64,000 nucleotides of DNA from an uncultured delta proteobacterium (GCA_963847445.1 CAWJZV010000008.1:96001-160000); one strand, 5' to 3'; numbered from the stretch's first letter, positions 1 through 11,861 are shown. Numbers and translations are program-made. Notes: generated from the sequence alone by a model not told the origin.

Positions 1-2
1 AG

Positions 3-482
3 AGCGGCAGCGAGGTTGATTTAGCCATGGAGCGCGGCGAAGTGGTCTGCCGGGCGACCCGGGTCACGGTCCATTTCAGCCGCGAGCCGTTTCTATCCTG
101 GGAGAAAAAGGGTTTCGACCGTCATTTGCTGCAAGCCGGCAAGAAACGCGATGGCCGGTTGCCTGATGTGCCGACGATCTACGAGCTCATGGACAAGTAC
201 AAGACGCCTGACATCGGCCGCCGATTGGCGCAGATATTTTTAGCCGGCGATGAATTGGGCCGGCCGATGACGGCGCCGCCGGGCGTGCCGGCGGATCGAG
301 TGAAAATTCTCCGCGAGGCCTATGCGCGAGCGCTCAAAGATCCCGATCTATTGGCCGAAGTCGACCGGCAGAGGTTGGACATGGAGCCGTCCAGCGGCGA
401 AGAGATCCAAGCGCTGCACAGAGATTTGCTGGATCAGAAGCGCGAGGTCATCGAGCGGGTGAAGAAGATTTTGGAGAATTAA
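3..482 (+). CDS. Bug/TctC-family tripartite tricarboxylate transporter substrate-binding protein, 5'-truncated by the window edge
   Basis: Frame is open from position 3 (SGSEVDLAMERGEV). The C-terminal GRPMTAPPGVPADRVKILREAY motif is typical of TctC-like proteins and parallels the paralogs at 27589 and 41021. Confidence 0.8.
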   Translation, partial: SGSEVDLAMERGEVVCRATRVTVHFSREPFLSWEKKGFDRHLLQAGKKRDGRLPDVPTIYELMDKYKTPDIGRRLAQIFLAGDELGRPMTAPPGVPADRVKILREAYARALKDPDLLAEVDRQRLDMEPSSGEEIQALHRDLLDQKREVIERVKKILEN

Positions 483-531
483 CCGAATAGTCGGGGCTCA
501 CAGAGTGAGCTTTGTGTCGTTACTTTTCGAG

Positions 532-947
532 TTACGTAAATGGATTGAGCAGTCGAACACCTAATCCTTCAAAATGATCGAGGTTCCGCGTACCACTGTC
601 AGATCATGGGTCAATGCGGTGGCGGCGATCTGTTTGTCGATAGCGTTTTCTGGATGCGGCACTCGCAGTCGACCCCACACCTGCGCTTCATCGTGAGCGA
701 AATTGAGAATATGGTCTTCGAACTCTCTCAGCAGGAGTGCAAGCCATGATTCCAATCGTCTTGCCTGCCTGGTATCTCCTCGGTGCCGAATCAGTTCGAT
801 GCCGCGGCGTATTTCGCCTATGGTAATCACGCTGACGTAGAGCTAGTCGCCATTCACTTGAGCTTGTTCGAAGAAACGAATGACGCCGGGATTGGCTTTA
901 TCGCGCTTGCGGGCTTCGCTAACGACGTTGGTATCAATCAAGTACAT
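532..947 (-). pseudogene. vapC: PIN-domain (VapC/FitB-like) toxin, disrupted
   Basis: ATG at 947 gives MYLIDTNVVSEARK. In-frame TAG at 845-843. Continues ITIGEIRRG and DKQIAATA. A 1-nt frameshift near 590 restores TRNLDHFEGLGVRLLNPF, ending TAA at 532. Confidence 0.85.
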
Positions 948-1167
948 TAGAACTGTTTTTGTCTTGCACGCGCTTAAAGTCGGAGTCTTTGCCCACATTC
1001 GGCATTGCGGCGATCGCTTGAGCGAATGATCGTTTGCGTGGTTTCAACAATACCTGCGCGAGGATTTTGCGATGTTCAGCCTCGGCGTTGGTGCCGTGTC
1101 GCCCGGCCCTCGACTTGAGCGCTTTGATGATGTTCTCATCGACATTTCGGACAATTAGGTTTGCCAT
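934..1167 (-). CDS. FitA-like ribbon-helix-helix antitoxin
   Basis: MANLIVRNVDENIIKALKSRAGRHGTNAEAEHRKIL. GGAGGG RBS precedes ATG 1167. Overlaps the PIN toxin start. Confidence 0.85.
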   Translation of the reverse strand: MANLIVRNVDENIIKALKSRAGRHGTNAEAEHRKILAQVLLKPRKRSFAQAIAAMPNVGKDSDFKRVQDKNSSNVLD

Positions 1168-1700
1168 ATTCCCTCCGATCGAATCCGATGATTGCAATGA
1201 TATCATTCGACTCCCTAGCCGCCAAGATGCTGTGCGATCCGGACTCGTTATGGGCCGTCTATCAAAAAGGGCGTCGCGTCTGCTCTTGGCATTTAGCCAG
1301 AACGGGTCAATCTTGAAGGCGTCGCCCGCTCCCTTGTTTTCTCTTATCCTCGCTATTACCAACAGAACAAGAACGCCCGGCTAGTGGAAAGCAAAGGGTT
1401 CAAGTCGGCTTTTTGCTCTTAGCCAATATTTCGTCGATCTTTTGAACCATCTGGATAGCCTCTCTCTTCAGCAGGGACGCCAATAGTGACCCCATTAAAT
1501 TGCCGACATGTTATTGCAATTTTTGTACGGCAGCTTCGGCACAGCGCTCGCCATCCATGGCTGCCGAGACGATGACGCAGGCGAAGCGAATAGCGTGTTA
1601 AATGGTTCTTGTCGCTCCTAATATCGGCGGCTCTTGACCTGTCTGACCGAATGAACCGAAGGCAATGCAATCGAACTGCGTCGCTAGTTGATGCACGCGA

Positions 1701-1720
1701 ATTAGCGTATATACGCTAAT
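1701..1720. promoter_or_regulatory. Perfect 20-bp palindrome, putative operator of the BrnT/BrnA module
   Basis: ATTAGCGTAT-ATACGCTAAT lies directly upstream of the brnT-like coding sequence. Confidence 0.5.
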
Positions 1721-2118
1721 AGTTGGGACCCGCAAAAGGCCATCGCTAACTTTGAGAAACACGGCATCTCCTTTGACGAATCCGCCACTATTTTTCTAGA
1801 TTCCATTTAACCACGCCTCTTGAGGCGGGCACAATTACGTGGGGTTTCCAAAGGGGGCGAGCATCCCCTTTGGTCGCGAGCGGGGTTCAAACCCCGCTCG
1901 CGAATTCAATTAATGCACTGGCTTTGGACTGGGAGGATTTAACTCATGCCTCGCAGGGTAAAAGATACAAACGACTTGGCACCTCAAGCGAGGGAAAAAT
2001 TTTGTTGGTAGTTTATACAGTTAGGCGATCGAAAGATGAAAAAGAAACGATCAGGATCAACAGCGCGCGATGGGCGAGCCGCAAGGAACGCAATGCCTAT
2101 GCTAAACCGGCACATTGA
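1721..2118 (+). pseudogene. brnT: BrnT-family (DUF497) toxin interrupted by an insertion of about 110 bp
   Basis: 1721-1804 reads SWDPQKAIANFEKHGISFDESATIFLDS. After the insert, a different frame gives LALDWEDLTH...ILLVVYTVR...IRINSARWASRKER. No clear start codon. Confidence 0.8.
1805..1917. repeat. Small three-hairpin insertion (MITE/REP-like)
   Basis: Hairpins CGCCTC/GAGGCG (1814-1827), CCAAAGGGG/CCCCTTTGG (1848-1873) and TCGCGAGCGGGGT/ACCCCGCTCGCGA (1874-1903). Splits brnT. Confidence 0.65.
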
Positions 2119-2330
2119 TTTATCGGACATTCCGGAATCGACGGATGAGGAGCTTCGCAGGGCGCGCAGAGTCGGGCGGCCGAAATCCTCGCGCCGCCGC
2201 GCCGCTCATCGCTATCAGGATTGATCCGGTGTTATTGAAGCAGCTGAGAAAACTCGCCGCGAAACAAGACAAGCCCTATCAAACCTATATCCATGAACTA
2301 CTCGAAAGCGCGGCGAGAAAAGCGGCCTAA
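2093..2330 (+). CDS. BrnA/CopG-like antitoxin (frameshift near 2195)
   Basis: IDLSDIPESTDEELRRARRVGRP joins across frames to PLIAIRIDPVLLKQLRKLAAKQDKPYQTYIHELL. Overlaps the toxin 3' end. Confidence 0.8.
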
Positions 2331-2619
2331 TTTCCTCGTAGCATCGACGTGTACGGGCAACAGGCACGGGTTTGACAGTAGATAGTCGCCGTAATTGGGA
2401 TCGGCGTCGGTAACGAGCGAGCTTGTCGGGCCGCTCGCCAACAGCGAGCCTCGATGCGCAATGAACGCGCGCGTTAGGGTGGTCATTCCCGTGGAGTCGC
2501 GCGATGGTTCGGTACGTTGATGGAAGCGACCTGAGTGGCATCCCGGCTTTTGACAATCGGCTGATTGATGTCGCCAAGAGTTCGGCGCCGTCGGGATTTC
2601 CTCATGCTCGAGACGGGTC

Positions 2620-3938
2620 CAATCCATCGGGATTATTTCTGGAGTTGGGTTGCAAAGATCTTGGCGATCTCGCTGAGAGTTTGTTTTTCACTGCGAGTCG
2701 GGGATGGGCTAATGGGATCTTTGGGTTGCGGACTGACGCGCGGGTTGGCCATCGCAAAGATGCGCTCAAGCTTTTGCTCGATGCGTTTGGCCAGCTCAAA
2801 GGGATCGGTCTGGTCGCGTAGCCGTTTAAGCTGCTGGACTTTGACCGGATCGGCCTGGGGACATTGGAGCACCCGCTCCAATGGAGTCTGCGGTTTGTCG
2901 TAGCAGCGCTTGAGCTTGGAGCCTATCCGGGTTTTCTTGCTTAGCTTCATGGAGGGGAGAAACAGGTTTTGAAAGATTCTCAGTTCGTTTTGGTAAAGCT
3001 CGTTGATGGCTTGTTGCGCTGCCAGCGAGTCGTAGCGTAGGTAGCCCAAGATCTTGCGCACGTGGGTGTAATTTTTCTGTTCGATATGGGCGTTGTCATC
3101 TTTCTTGTAGGGCCGGCCGCGGGTGAGCTGGATACCCTTCTGATCGCAGAAGGTCTTGAGATGGTAGTTGATAAATTCCGAGCCATTGTCCGAATCGATG
3201 CCCAAGAGTTTGAAAGGCAGAGCCCGTTCAATGTCCTGCATGGCGTTAAGCACCCCGATCTGGCTTTTCCCCATCACCGCACGGCTTTCCACCCAGGTGG
3301 TATGGATGTCGGTGACGTTGAGCGAGTGCAGGAACTCGCCTGAAGCCGAGTTGCCCGAGTGAGAGACCAGATCGATCTCGGTAAAGCCGGGCGTTTTGAC
3401 ATCCCAGTTGTCGGTCTTGATTGGGATGTGGTGTTTGAGCAAGGTGCCCGGCTTGGTGCGCCCGTAGAGGCGCTTTTTGAGCTGGCCTCTTTTTCCCCTG
3501 AGCCGCCGGTCGATGGTTGCCGGGCTGATCGTGAGCAGTTGCTTTTGCACTGGGGCCGTCAGCGCCATGCGCTTGATCGCCCACGGCAGCCACAGGGGCA
3601 ACAGGGCTTTGAGCCGCACCGAGCACGGATAGCCAGCGGCTTCCCAGATCGCCGTCAGCGCTGAGATCACTTTGCCGCCATAGGCCGACCGACGCCCTTT
3701 TCGTACGATCGTCTTGGGCTTTTGCGGCGCTGGGCCATTGAGCAAGCGAATGGCGTATTTGCGATTGTAGTCGCAGACCTGGCAAAACTCGTCGAGAATC
3801 CGAGCTCTGAGCGGCTTGGATACTTTCTTGTAGCGTAAGTAAATCGCTTTGAGATAATCCCATCTGGTCTTTCCACTCATCTATGCGTAACCCTCCCTGG
3901 TGGCTGTTTTTTCCAACCATCTCTGGGTTACATTCACA
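2620..3938 (-). mobile_element. Insertion sequence, ends approximate
   Basis: Transposase ORF plus a short upstream leader. I could not find a matched terminal inverted repeat pair or a target duplication. Confidence 0.6.
2633..3880 (-). CDS. DDE integrase-core transposase
   Basis: Candidate DDE triad in EIDLVSH, IDSDNGSEF and DNAHIEQKN. N-terminal HTH-like ILDEFCQVCDYNRKYAIRLL. Intact 415-aa ORF. Confidence 0.9.
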   Translation of the reverse strand: MSGKTRWDYLKAIYLRYKKVSKPLRARILDEFCQVCDYNRKYAIRLLNGPAPQKPKTIVRKGRRSAYGGKVISALTAIWEAAGYPCSVRLKALLPLWLPWAIKRMALTAPVQKQLLTISPATIDRRLRGKRGQLKKRLYGRTKPGTLLKHHIPIKTDNWDVKTPGFTEIDLVSHSGNSASGEFLHSLNVTDIHTTWVESRAVMGKSQIGVLNAMQDIERALPFKLLGIDSDNGSEFINYHLKTFCDQKGIQLTRGRPYKKDDNAHIEQKNYTHVRKILGYLRYDSLAAQQAINELYQNELRIFQNLFLPSMKLSKKTRIGSKLKRCYDKPQTPLERVLQCPQADPVKVQQLKRLRDQTDPFELAKRIEQKLERIFAMANPRVSPQPKDPISPSPTRSEKQTLSEIAKIFATQLQK

Positions 3939-4294
3939 ACAATCTGCGCGGCGCGCGGCGCTCGATGAATTCTCATAATCATCTATGCGAGCTGGCTCGG
4001 CGAACGATGCCGATCGCTCGCCGGCGTTCAGCGATACCCCTAGCGCCGCTGCGGCTGGCCGACGTGCGGGCGCTTGGCAGTGCGCCCAATGAGGCTGCCG
4101 TCACTGCGAGTACACAAGCCAGAAGCCGAGCTGCTTGGCCCGTGACGGGCGCGCCGGATTGACGTGAACGTGGCGCGGTTGCGCTGGCGCTTGCACGGGT
4201 AACCCGAAGGCGACCAGAGGCGCCGGCGGACTCCGCAAACGTCCGGCGCAGTGAGTTGAGCTTCATGGCAAACCGCCTTCAAGATCTTGCGCCG

Positions 4295-5275
4295 CTAACG
4301 TCTCGCCCGTTCAGCGAAGCTCCAATCGACGACCACCGAAGGTTTGGCGGTGATTTTTTCTTTGGCGCGAAAGGTGCCGACGGCGATCCATTCTTCGACG
4401 ACCGAGTCGGGCACGGAGAGGTCGGGGTTATACTGGTCGCGATAGATGCCGTAGAAGCGCTCGGCGACGGGCCGGTCGAGCTTGAGCAATTTTTCGATCA
4501 AGCTGACCCCGGCTTCGCGCTGGCTCTGCAAAAACAGGATGGCGTTGCGCAGGGCGCGCAGATAACGGACGATCTCGTCAGGTTCTCTATCGATTTTTCT
4601 CTGTGTGGTGCTCAAGCCGACGATCGGTATTTTGACGAACTCGGCGGTTTCCTTCACGGATAATAGCGTCTTAAAGCCTTTTTGCTCGGCGCGGTATTCG
4701 AACGGACTATTGACCACGGTGGCGTCGACGGCGCCGCTCAGCAGCGCGGCGAAACGGGCGTCCGGGCTGCCGGCGATCGCCTGCAAGGTGACGTCTTTGT
4801 TGGGATCGAGGCCGTTGCGGCTGAGCAGTTGATAGATCGCGAAGTCCGCCGAGCTGCCAAAGGTGTTGATGGCGATTCTCTTGCCCTTGAGCGCTTTGAC
4901 GCTGTCGATATCGGGCCGGGAGATGATCGCATAGCCGCTCGGTCTTGACCGTGGCGGCGACGATTTTCACCGGCAGACCGCGGGTAGCCGCGCCGGCGAT
5001 GAACGGCAGGATCGTCACATAATCGAGCTCGTTGGCCATCAAGGCGCTGAGCATCAGGTTGGTTCCTTGAAACTGCATGTAGCGCGGCCTGAGCCCTTCT
5101 TTTTCGAAGAAGCCGCGCTCCATGGCGACCCGGTCCGGCAGCGCGGTCCAGGCGGTGCCGCCGGTCCAGCCGATGTTGAGCAGCTTGGGCTCGGCGGCGA
5201 CGACTTGTGCGAGGCGCGACTGCGAGCGCATAGGACCGATAGGACGTGTAGAACTAATAAAAAGGGCAGCTTCAC
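4295..5275 (-). CDS. NMT1/SsuA-type ABC substrate-binding protein (two frameshifts)
   Basis: Signal peptide (ORF 5054..5275), VAMERGFFEKEGL (ORF 4707..5231) and RFAALLSGAVDATV (ORF 4295..4786) join into one gene. Confidence 0.8.
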
Positions 5276-5288
5276 TTTTGCCTCGGGC

Positions 5289-6027
5289 TCAGCCTGCCGC
5301 CGCGACTTTCTTCGGCGCTGCGGCGAGATGTTTTTGGAAAAATTCCAGGCTCCTGCGCCCAGGAGGTCGCATCAAGGTCGGGCTTGTATGTCTTCCCATC
5401 GCTGCGATTAAAGCCATGGTGCGTGTCGGGATAAAAGAAAAATTCATGGGGTTTGCCCAAGCGGGTGAGCTCGGCGTCGAGCTTGCGCATTTCGTCAGGC
5501 GGCGGATTCTTATCGAGCTCGCCGAAGTGGCCTTGCACCGGGCAGCAAACATTCGCCGCCATGGTTGCCGGCGCCGGGCGGTCGCCCCATTGCGAGTAAC
5601 AGCCGCCGCCGTAGAAATCGACGGCGGCTTTGAATAGCGTGGTCGCCGCCGCGCCGAGAAAGGCGATGCGCCCGCCCATGCAGAAGCCGACGATGCCTAA
5701 CCGCGAGGTGTCCGCCGCGGCGCAGCCTTTGAGAAAATTAATCGTCGCATCGATGTCGCTCATGACGTTGGCGTCGCTGCGGCTACTCTTGATGCTCGCC
5801 GTCGCCTCGGGGGTCTTGGGTTCGCCCTCGCGATGATAGAATTGCGGCGCGATGCCGACATAGCCGGCGGCGGCGACCCGGCGGGTCATTTCTTGGGTAA
5901 ACTCGGCGACGCCGTCTTGATTCTGCACGACGATGATCGCCGGCACGGCGCCAGCGACTTCGGGTTGAGCGAGGTACATGCCCATGGGGCTATTGTCGAC
6001 AGTGGCCTTTTCCCAGGATGTTTTCAT
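5289..6027 (-). CDS. Dienelactone hydrolase family protein (C-terminal frameshift)
   Basis: GFCMGG nucleophile motif and YPDTHHGF. Alternate frame supplies the end SLEFFQKHL. Confidence 0.9.
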
Positions 6028-6276
6028 AAATCTTTGGTCCAGCCTCTCAACAGGATTTTGTCTTCATTTATGCCCCCATGGGTGAGCTGTCAAACGCTGC
6101 GTGCGCCGGTAGTGGTTCAGTTTCGAAATCAGTGGGGCGACCTGTGCTCGCTCAGGGGCAGTAAGTTGCCCTTGTCGTCGAAATCAGTAACCATAAGTTC
6201 CTTGTCGCCGAAATATGTTACAAATAGGACCATGACAAGAGTGGTTATGCAGGAGTTTTCGCGATGAACGCCAAAC

Positions 6277-7737
6277 GTGGAGAGTTCTATTTCCGCATAC
6301 AGAGCCTGGGCGGCGCTTTGGATCGCGCTGCTGTTTCTCGCCGCCGCTCTGAATGCCGAAGGGGCCGCGGCCAAGCCGACCAAGCGCAAGGCGGCGAACG
6401 CCAAAGCAGCCGCCGCCAAGCAAACCAAACCGGCGGCAAAAGCAGAGAGCGCCGCGGCAAAATCTTACGATATCGTTTTTGACGAGTTCAAACTCAAAAA
6501 CGGCCTGCGCGTGCTGCTCGCCGAAGATCACCGCGCGCCGACCTTTTCCATCTGCATGACCTACAATGTCGGCTCCCGCGATGAGCGCCCCGGGCGCACC
6601 GGCTTTGCCCATCTGTTCGAGCATATGCTGTTTCAAGGCTCGGAAAATGTCGGCAAGGGCGAGCATTTCATCCTGGTGCAAAACAACGGCGGCAGCGCCA
6701 ACGGCACGACCAACACCGATCGCACCAACTATTTTGAAACGCTACCGGCCAATCAGCTGGAACTGGCAATCTTTCTCGAGGCCGACCGCATGCGCGCGCC
6801 GGCGATCAACCAGGCGAACTTCGACAATCAACGCTTGACGGTGCAAGAGGAGCGCCGGCAGAGCTATGACAACCGCGCCTACGGCAAGACCTATGAGGCG
6901 GTGATCGATCTGGTCTACGACAATTTCCCCTACAAACATTCGACCATCGGCTCCATGGAAGATTTGAACGCCGCGACGCTGGACGATGCCATGGCTTTTT
7001 TTCGCACTTACTACGCGCCCAACAATGCGGTGCTGTCGATGGTCGGTAGTTTCAAAACCGAAGCCGCCTTGGCATTGATCAAGAAGTATTTCGAGAATAT
7101 TCCGGCGCAGCCGGCGCCGGCGCCGGCTGACATGAATGAGCCGGAGCAGCAAGCCGAGCGGCGCAAGACTGTCGAAGACGGTTTCGCGCAAACGCCCCGC
7201 CTCGATATCGTGTTCAAAATTCCCCCAGCCAATACGCCGGATTGGTACGCCTTGGAAATGCTCGGGCAGGTCCTTTCCAGCGGCGTGTCCTCGCGGCTGT
7301 ATCAGAAGTTCGTCAAGGAAAAAGAAATGGCCTTGAGTGTCTATGCCGACGCCGAGGAGAAGCGCGGGCCGTCGCTGTTCTGGTTCAGCCTGATGGCGCG
7401 GCCGACCACCGACTTGGGCGCCCTGGAGAAACTGCTCTACGAAGAGATCCTGCGGATTCAAAAAAGCCCGGTGGAAGATTCGGAGTTAAATAAAGTCCGC
7501 ATGCAGATGCGCCGCCAACGGGCGCAGCAGCTCTACAGCACGCGGTCGCGGGCTAACTCGCTGGGCCATTTCGCCGTCTACTACAACGATCCCGGTTTGA
7601 TCAACAAGGTTTGGGCGCGCTACGAGCAGATCACCAAGGCCGATATTCAACGCGTCGCGCAAAAATATTTCACTGACTCCAACCGTACGGTGGTGACCAC
7701 CCTGCCTAAGGCGGCCGCGGCGCCGAGCGGCGGTTGA
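6277..7737 (+). CDS. M16 (pitrilysin-family) zinc peptidase, catalytic subunit
   Basis: GFAHLFEHMLFQGS inverted zinc motif, NGTT and YYAPNNAVL. Signal peptide. Confidence 0.93.
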   Translation: MESSISAYRAWAALWIALLFLAAALNAEGAAAKPTKRKAANAKAAAAKQTKPAAKAESAAAKSYDIVFDEFKLKNGLRVLLAEDHRAPTFSICMTYNVGSRDERPGRTGFAHLFEHMLFQGSENVGKGEHFILVQNNGGSANGTTNTDRTNYFETLPANQLELAIFLEADRMRAPAINQANFDNQRLTVQEERRQSYDNRAYGKTYEAVIDLVYDNFPYKHSTIGSMEDLNAATLDDAMAFFRTYYAPNNAVLSMVGSFKTEAALALIKKYFENIPAQPAPAPADMNEPEQQAERRKTVEDGFAQTPRLDIVFKIPPANTPDWYALEMLGQVLSSGVSSRLYQKFVKEKEMALSVYADAEEKRGPSLFWFSLMARPTTDLGALEKLLYEEILRIQKSPVEDSELNKVRMQMRRQRAQQLYSTRSRANSLGHFAVYYNDPGLINKVWARYEQITKADIQRVAQKYFTDSNRTVVTTLPKAAAAPSGG

Positions 7738-7746
7738 ACGGCTAAC

Positions 7747-9251
7747 ATGAGTAAATCGATGGCGAAATTTCATCGCATTTTTTGCACCGTCGTTGCCCTC
7801 GCGATGCGGCTTAACCCTGGCACCGGCAGCGGTGCGCGGCCAAGAGGGCGCGGCGATGCCGCCGAGCCAAAGTCGAGCGCAAGAACCGCGCGCCGGTGGC
7901 GCGGGATATTCTCACCTTGAAACTTCCCAGACCGGTGGAAGCCAAGCTCAAAAATGGCCTGACGGTTCTAATTGTCGAAGATCGCCGCGCCCCTTATGTC
8001 AGCGTGCAGCTGCATGTCGGCGGCGCGGGCGGTTTGTTTGAACCGACGGCGCTGACCGGCTTGGCCAGTGTCACGGCGCAAATGCTGCGCGAGGGGACGA
8101 AAACCAAGAACAGCATTCAGCTCGCGGAGTATATTGACCGGCTGGGCGCGTCCATCGGCGCCAGCTCTTCGTTCGGCTCGTCGGACACGGTGCTGAGCGC
8201 TGCCGGTCTCAGTGATAACTTTGACGACTGGATGGGCATCGCTTTTGAGATCCTGCTGCAACCGAGTTTTGCCGCCGATGAGTTAGAGAAGCTCAAACAA
8301 CGGCTGCGGGTGCAGCTGCGCGAGCAGCGCTCCAACGCTAATTTTCTCTTGAGCGAACGTTTCAACCGGGCCGTCTACGGCGACCATCCGGCGGCCAACG
8401 TGTCGGTGACGGCGGAGTCTCTCGACCGGCTCACTCCGGACGGGCTGCGCCAGTGGCACCGCGAGCGCTATGCGCCGCAGAATGCGATCCTCGGCATCGC
8501 CGGCGATGTCCGCGCCAAGGATCTCATCGCCAAATTAGAAAAGCTGCTCGCCGGTTGGAAAAAGACCGAGCTGAAGCCGAGCCTGCCGCGCGATCCACAG
8601 GCCGCGAGCGCGCGCAAAGTGTTTCTCGTCCACCGCCCTAACTCGGTGCAGACGACGGTTTCCCTGGGCAACATCGCCATCGACCGGCGCAGCCCCGACT
8701 ACATGCCGATGGTGGTGATGAACGATGTCATCGGCGGCGGCGCGTCGGCGCGATTGTTTCTCAACCTGCGCGAGGAAAAAGGCTACACCTACGGGGTTTA
8801 CAGCGACTTTACCGCGGTACGGTATCCCGGACCCTGGCGCGCCGGCGGCAACATGCGCACGGAAGTCACCGAGGGCGCGATGGTCGAATTTTTCAACGAG
8901 ATCCGGCGCATTCGCGATGAACCAGTCCCGCTCGGCGAATTGGCAGAGAGTCAGCGCTCGATCGTCGCGAGCTTCGCGCTGTCATTGGAGCAACCGTCGC
9001 GCGCGTTGGGCTTTGCCATTACCCGTAAGCTTTACGGCTTGCCGGCCGATTATTGGGATGGTTATGCCGCCAAGATCGCCGCGGTGACGGCGGCGGATGT
9101 GCAGCGGGTGGCGCGCAAGTATCTCGATCCCGACAAGCTTCAGATCGCCGCCGTCGGCGATGCCGGCAGGATCAAAGCGGTTTTGGAAAAATACGGCGCG
9201 GTGGAAGTGTACGACAGCAACGGTGCGCCGTTGCCGCCTGGCAAGTCTTAG
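7747..9251 (+). CDS. M16 peptidase partner subunit lacking HXXEH (N-terminal frameshifts)
   Basis: LKNGLTVL and RLFLNLREEKGYTYG present, zinc motif absent. Directly follows the catalytic subunit. Confidence 0.88.
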
Positions 9252-9391
9252 CCGGCGCGGCCAATTTCATCTTCGTCGGCAGCGCCAGCGAATGGTCCAG
9301 GGCGAATCTGTTGGCGTCTTGTTTCCTAGCGGCAACTTTAAATATACTCCGAGAGCTTGAGCGAAGACGCACTTTAGAATGGAGCTTCTCG

Positions 9392-11804
9392 ATGTCTGAT
9401 TCCAATCCAGCCACCGGCGCCTTGGCCGGCCTGCGTGTCCTCGACCTGACCGGCCGCATGGGCGGCTATTGCGGCTTACTGCTGGCCAATCTTGGCGCCC
9501 AAGTATTGCTCATCGAAGCGCCGGGCGGCGATCCGATGCGCCGCGAAGGGCCGTTCCAAAATACCACGCCCCATCGCGAACGCAGCTTATCCTTCGCCGC
9601 TTATCATACCAACAAGCATGGCGCGGTTTTGAATCTTGAAGATGCCAATGACAGGCAAAAATTTCGTGAGCTGGCGGCCGATGCCGATGTGGTGATCGAA
9701 GACAAACCGTTTGGCTATCTCGACGCTTTATGGCTCGGCTACGCTGAGCTGCAAAAGATCAACCCGGCGCTGGTGCTGACGTCGATCAGCGGCTTTGGCC
9801 GCACCGGACCCTATCGAGAATTCAAGGCGCCGAGCATTGTCGCCTTCGCCATGGGCGGACTGATGAATCTGTGCGGCCATCCGGGCCGCGCCCCGCTCAT
9901 GGGTCCGTGCGATGTGGCCTATCATCTGGGATCGGTGCATGCGGCCTTCGGCACCATGGCCGCGCTGTTCAACCAGCGCGCCACGGGTGTCGGCGATCAT
10001 GTCGATATATCGCTGCAGGATGTCTTGGCCGCCGATCCGTTTTTGCGCATTATTTCTCGATACAGCGTTACCGCGGAAGTGCCGGAGCGCAGCGGCCATA
10101 GCCAGTCGACTACCGTGGCGGAAACCTATCAGTGCCAGGACGGCTACGCGCGCATTTTCGTCAACCAGCCGGAGCATTGGCGCCGCTTCGTCGAGTGGTT
10201 GGGCAAACCGGCGGAACTGCTCGATCCGAAACTGGAGAATGTTCAGAGCCGCTTCGCGCTGCGCTCGATGATCGATCGTCTGGTCGAAGCGCGCACGCTC
10301 AACTATCCGGTCAAGAAATTCTTCGAGGAGTTTCAGACCAATCGTTTAGCCGCGGCGCCGATCAATCCGCCGAGCGGTTACGTTCTCGATGACCAGACCA
10401 AACATCGCAACTATTTTGTCGAAGTCGATCACCCCGAGTTGGGCAAGCATCGCTTTCCCGGCGATCCCTATAAGTTTTCCGCCAGTCCCTGGCGTATCGC
10501 GCGCGGCGCACCGCTGCTCGGCGCCAGCGCTGACAAAATTCCCGAGGAATTTATCGGCCCGTCCACTGTGGCGCGACGGCGTGGCGTTAGCGACGACTGC
10601 GAATGCGGCGATGCGCAAACCTCTCGAAGGTATTCGCGTGATCAGTTTCCCGACGGGAATCGTCGGTCCGGCGCTGGCTGGGCTCCTGGCCGATCAGGGC
10701 GCTGAGGTGATTACCATCGAAGCCAGCCGGGTCATCCGCAGCCCGCAACGGGGCCAGCGTTGGCAGGTAGCGGCGGATCTCGAAAGCAACCGCGAGCGTA
10801 AGCGCATCGCTCTCGACATGAAAAATCCCGAGGGGCTGGAGCTGGCGAAACAATTGATCGCCAAATCGGATGTGGTGGTAGAGAATTTCAGCGCACGGGT
10901 GATGGCGAGTTGGGGGCTGGATTATCCGCGCATGAAAGAAATTCGCCCGGACATCATCATGGCAAGTTTGCAGGCTTTCGGTCAGACCGGTCCGCGGCGC
11001 GACTATGTCAGCTTCGGTCCGATCCTCATGGCCTATTCCGGCATGACTTATCTCTGGCGCGATCCGCAGATAGAGCGGCCGGGTGCCGGCAGCCAGACCG
11101 CCTTTCCCGACTACATTGCGCCATCCTATGGCGCGGTGGCGATCCTCGCGGCGCTGCACCATAGAGCCCGCACCGGCGAAGGGCAGTACATCGACATCTC
11201 GCAAGCCGAAACCGCCGCGTCGATGATCGGCCCGGCGTTATTGGAACTGCTGGTCAACGGCCGCGAGCCCGAACCCCAGGGCAATTTCAGCGCGACGGCG
11301 GCGCCCCATGGCTGCTACCGCTGCAACGGCAACGATCGCTGGTGCGCCATTGCCATTGACGGCCAAGAAGAATGGAAACGATTCTGTGAAAGTATCGGCC
11401 ACCGCGAATGGCTCGCCGACGCGCGCTTTGCCAGCCCCGCGGCGCGCATCGCCAACCGCGCCGAGCTCGATGCCGAGATCGAAGCATGGACGAGCAAGTA
11501 CACACCGCATCAGTTGATGATCCTGTTGCAGCGCGATGGCTTCGCCGCCGGGGTTGTCCAGACGGCTGAAGATTTGTACCGCGATCCGCACCTGCGCGAG
11601 CGCGGCCTGGCGCGGGATGTGCATCATCGCGAGGTCGGCTGGGTAACCAGAGCCGGCCCGACGGCACGGCTGAGGCACAATAGAGTTATCACCGACGACC
11701 CGGTTCATGTCGCCGGCGAAGACAACGAAGCGGTATTGGGCGATCTCCTCGGCATGTCGGCCGAGGATATTCGTTGGTTATACGAACGCAAAGTGCTGCG
11801 TTAG
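9392..11804 (+). CDS. Tandem two-domain CaiB/BaiF family III CoA-transferase (frameshift near 10565)
   Basis: ALAGLRVLDL...SISGFGRTGPY, then KPLEGIRVI...DVVVENF...FGQTGP in overlapping ORFs 9053..10705 and 10389..11804. Confidence 0.85.
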
Positions 11805-11861
11805 GCACGCCGCTTAATCATTCGCCGCTGCCTTGGCAGCGGACAGGCGCGGGAGAGAAAG

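Noticed and set aside
843-845. In-frame TAG in vapC as pyrrolysine or readthrough
   Set aside because: Not at a catalytic position, the gene also has a frameshift, and no pyl genes are visible.
2298-4282. ORFs flanking the IS as halves of one interrupted gene
   Set aside because: Possible, but neither side has a recognisable motif and the frames cannot be joined with confidence.
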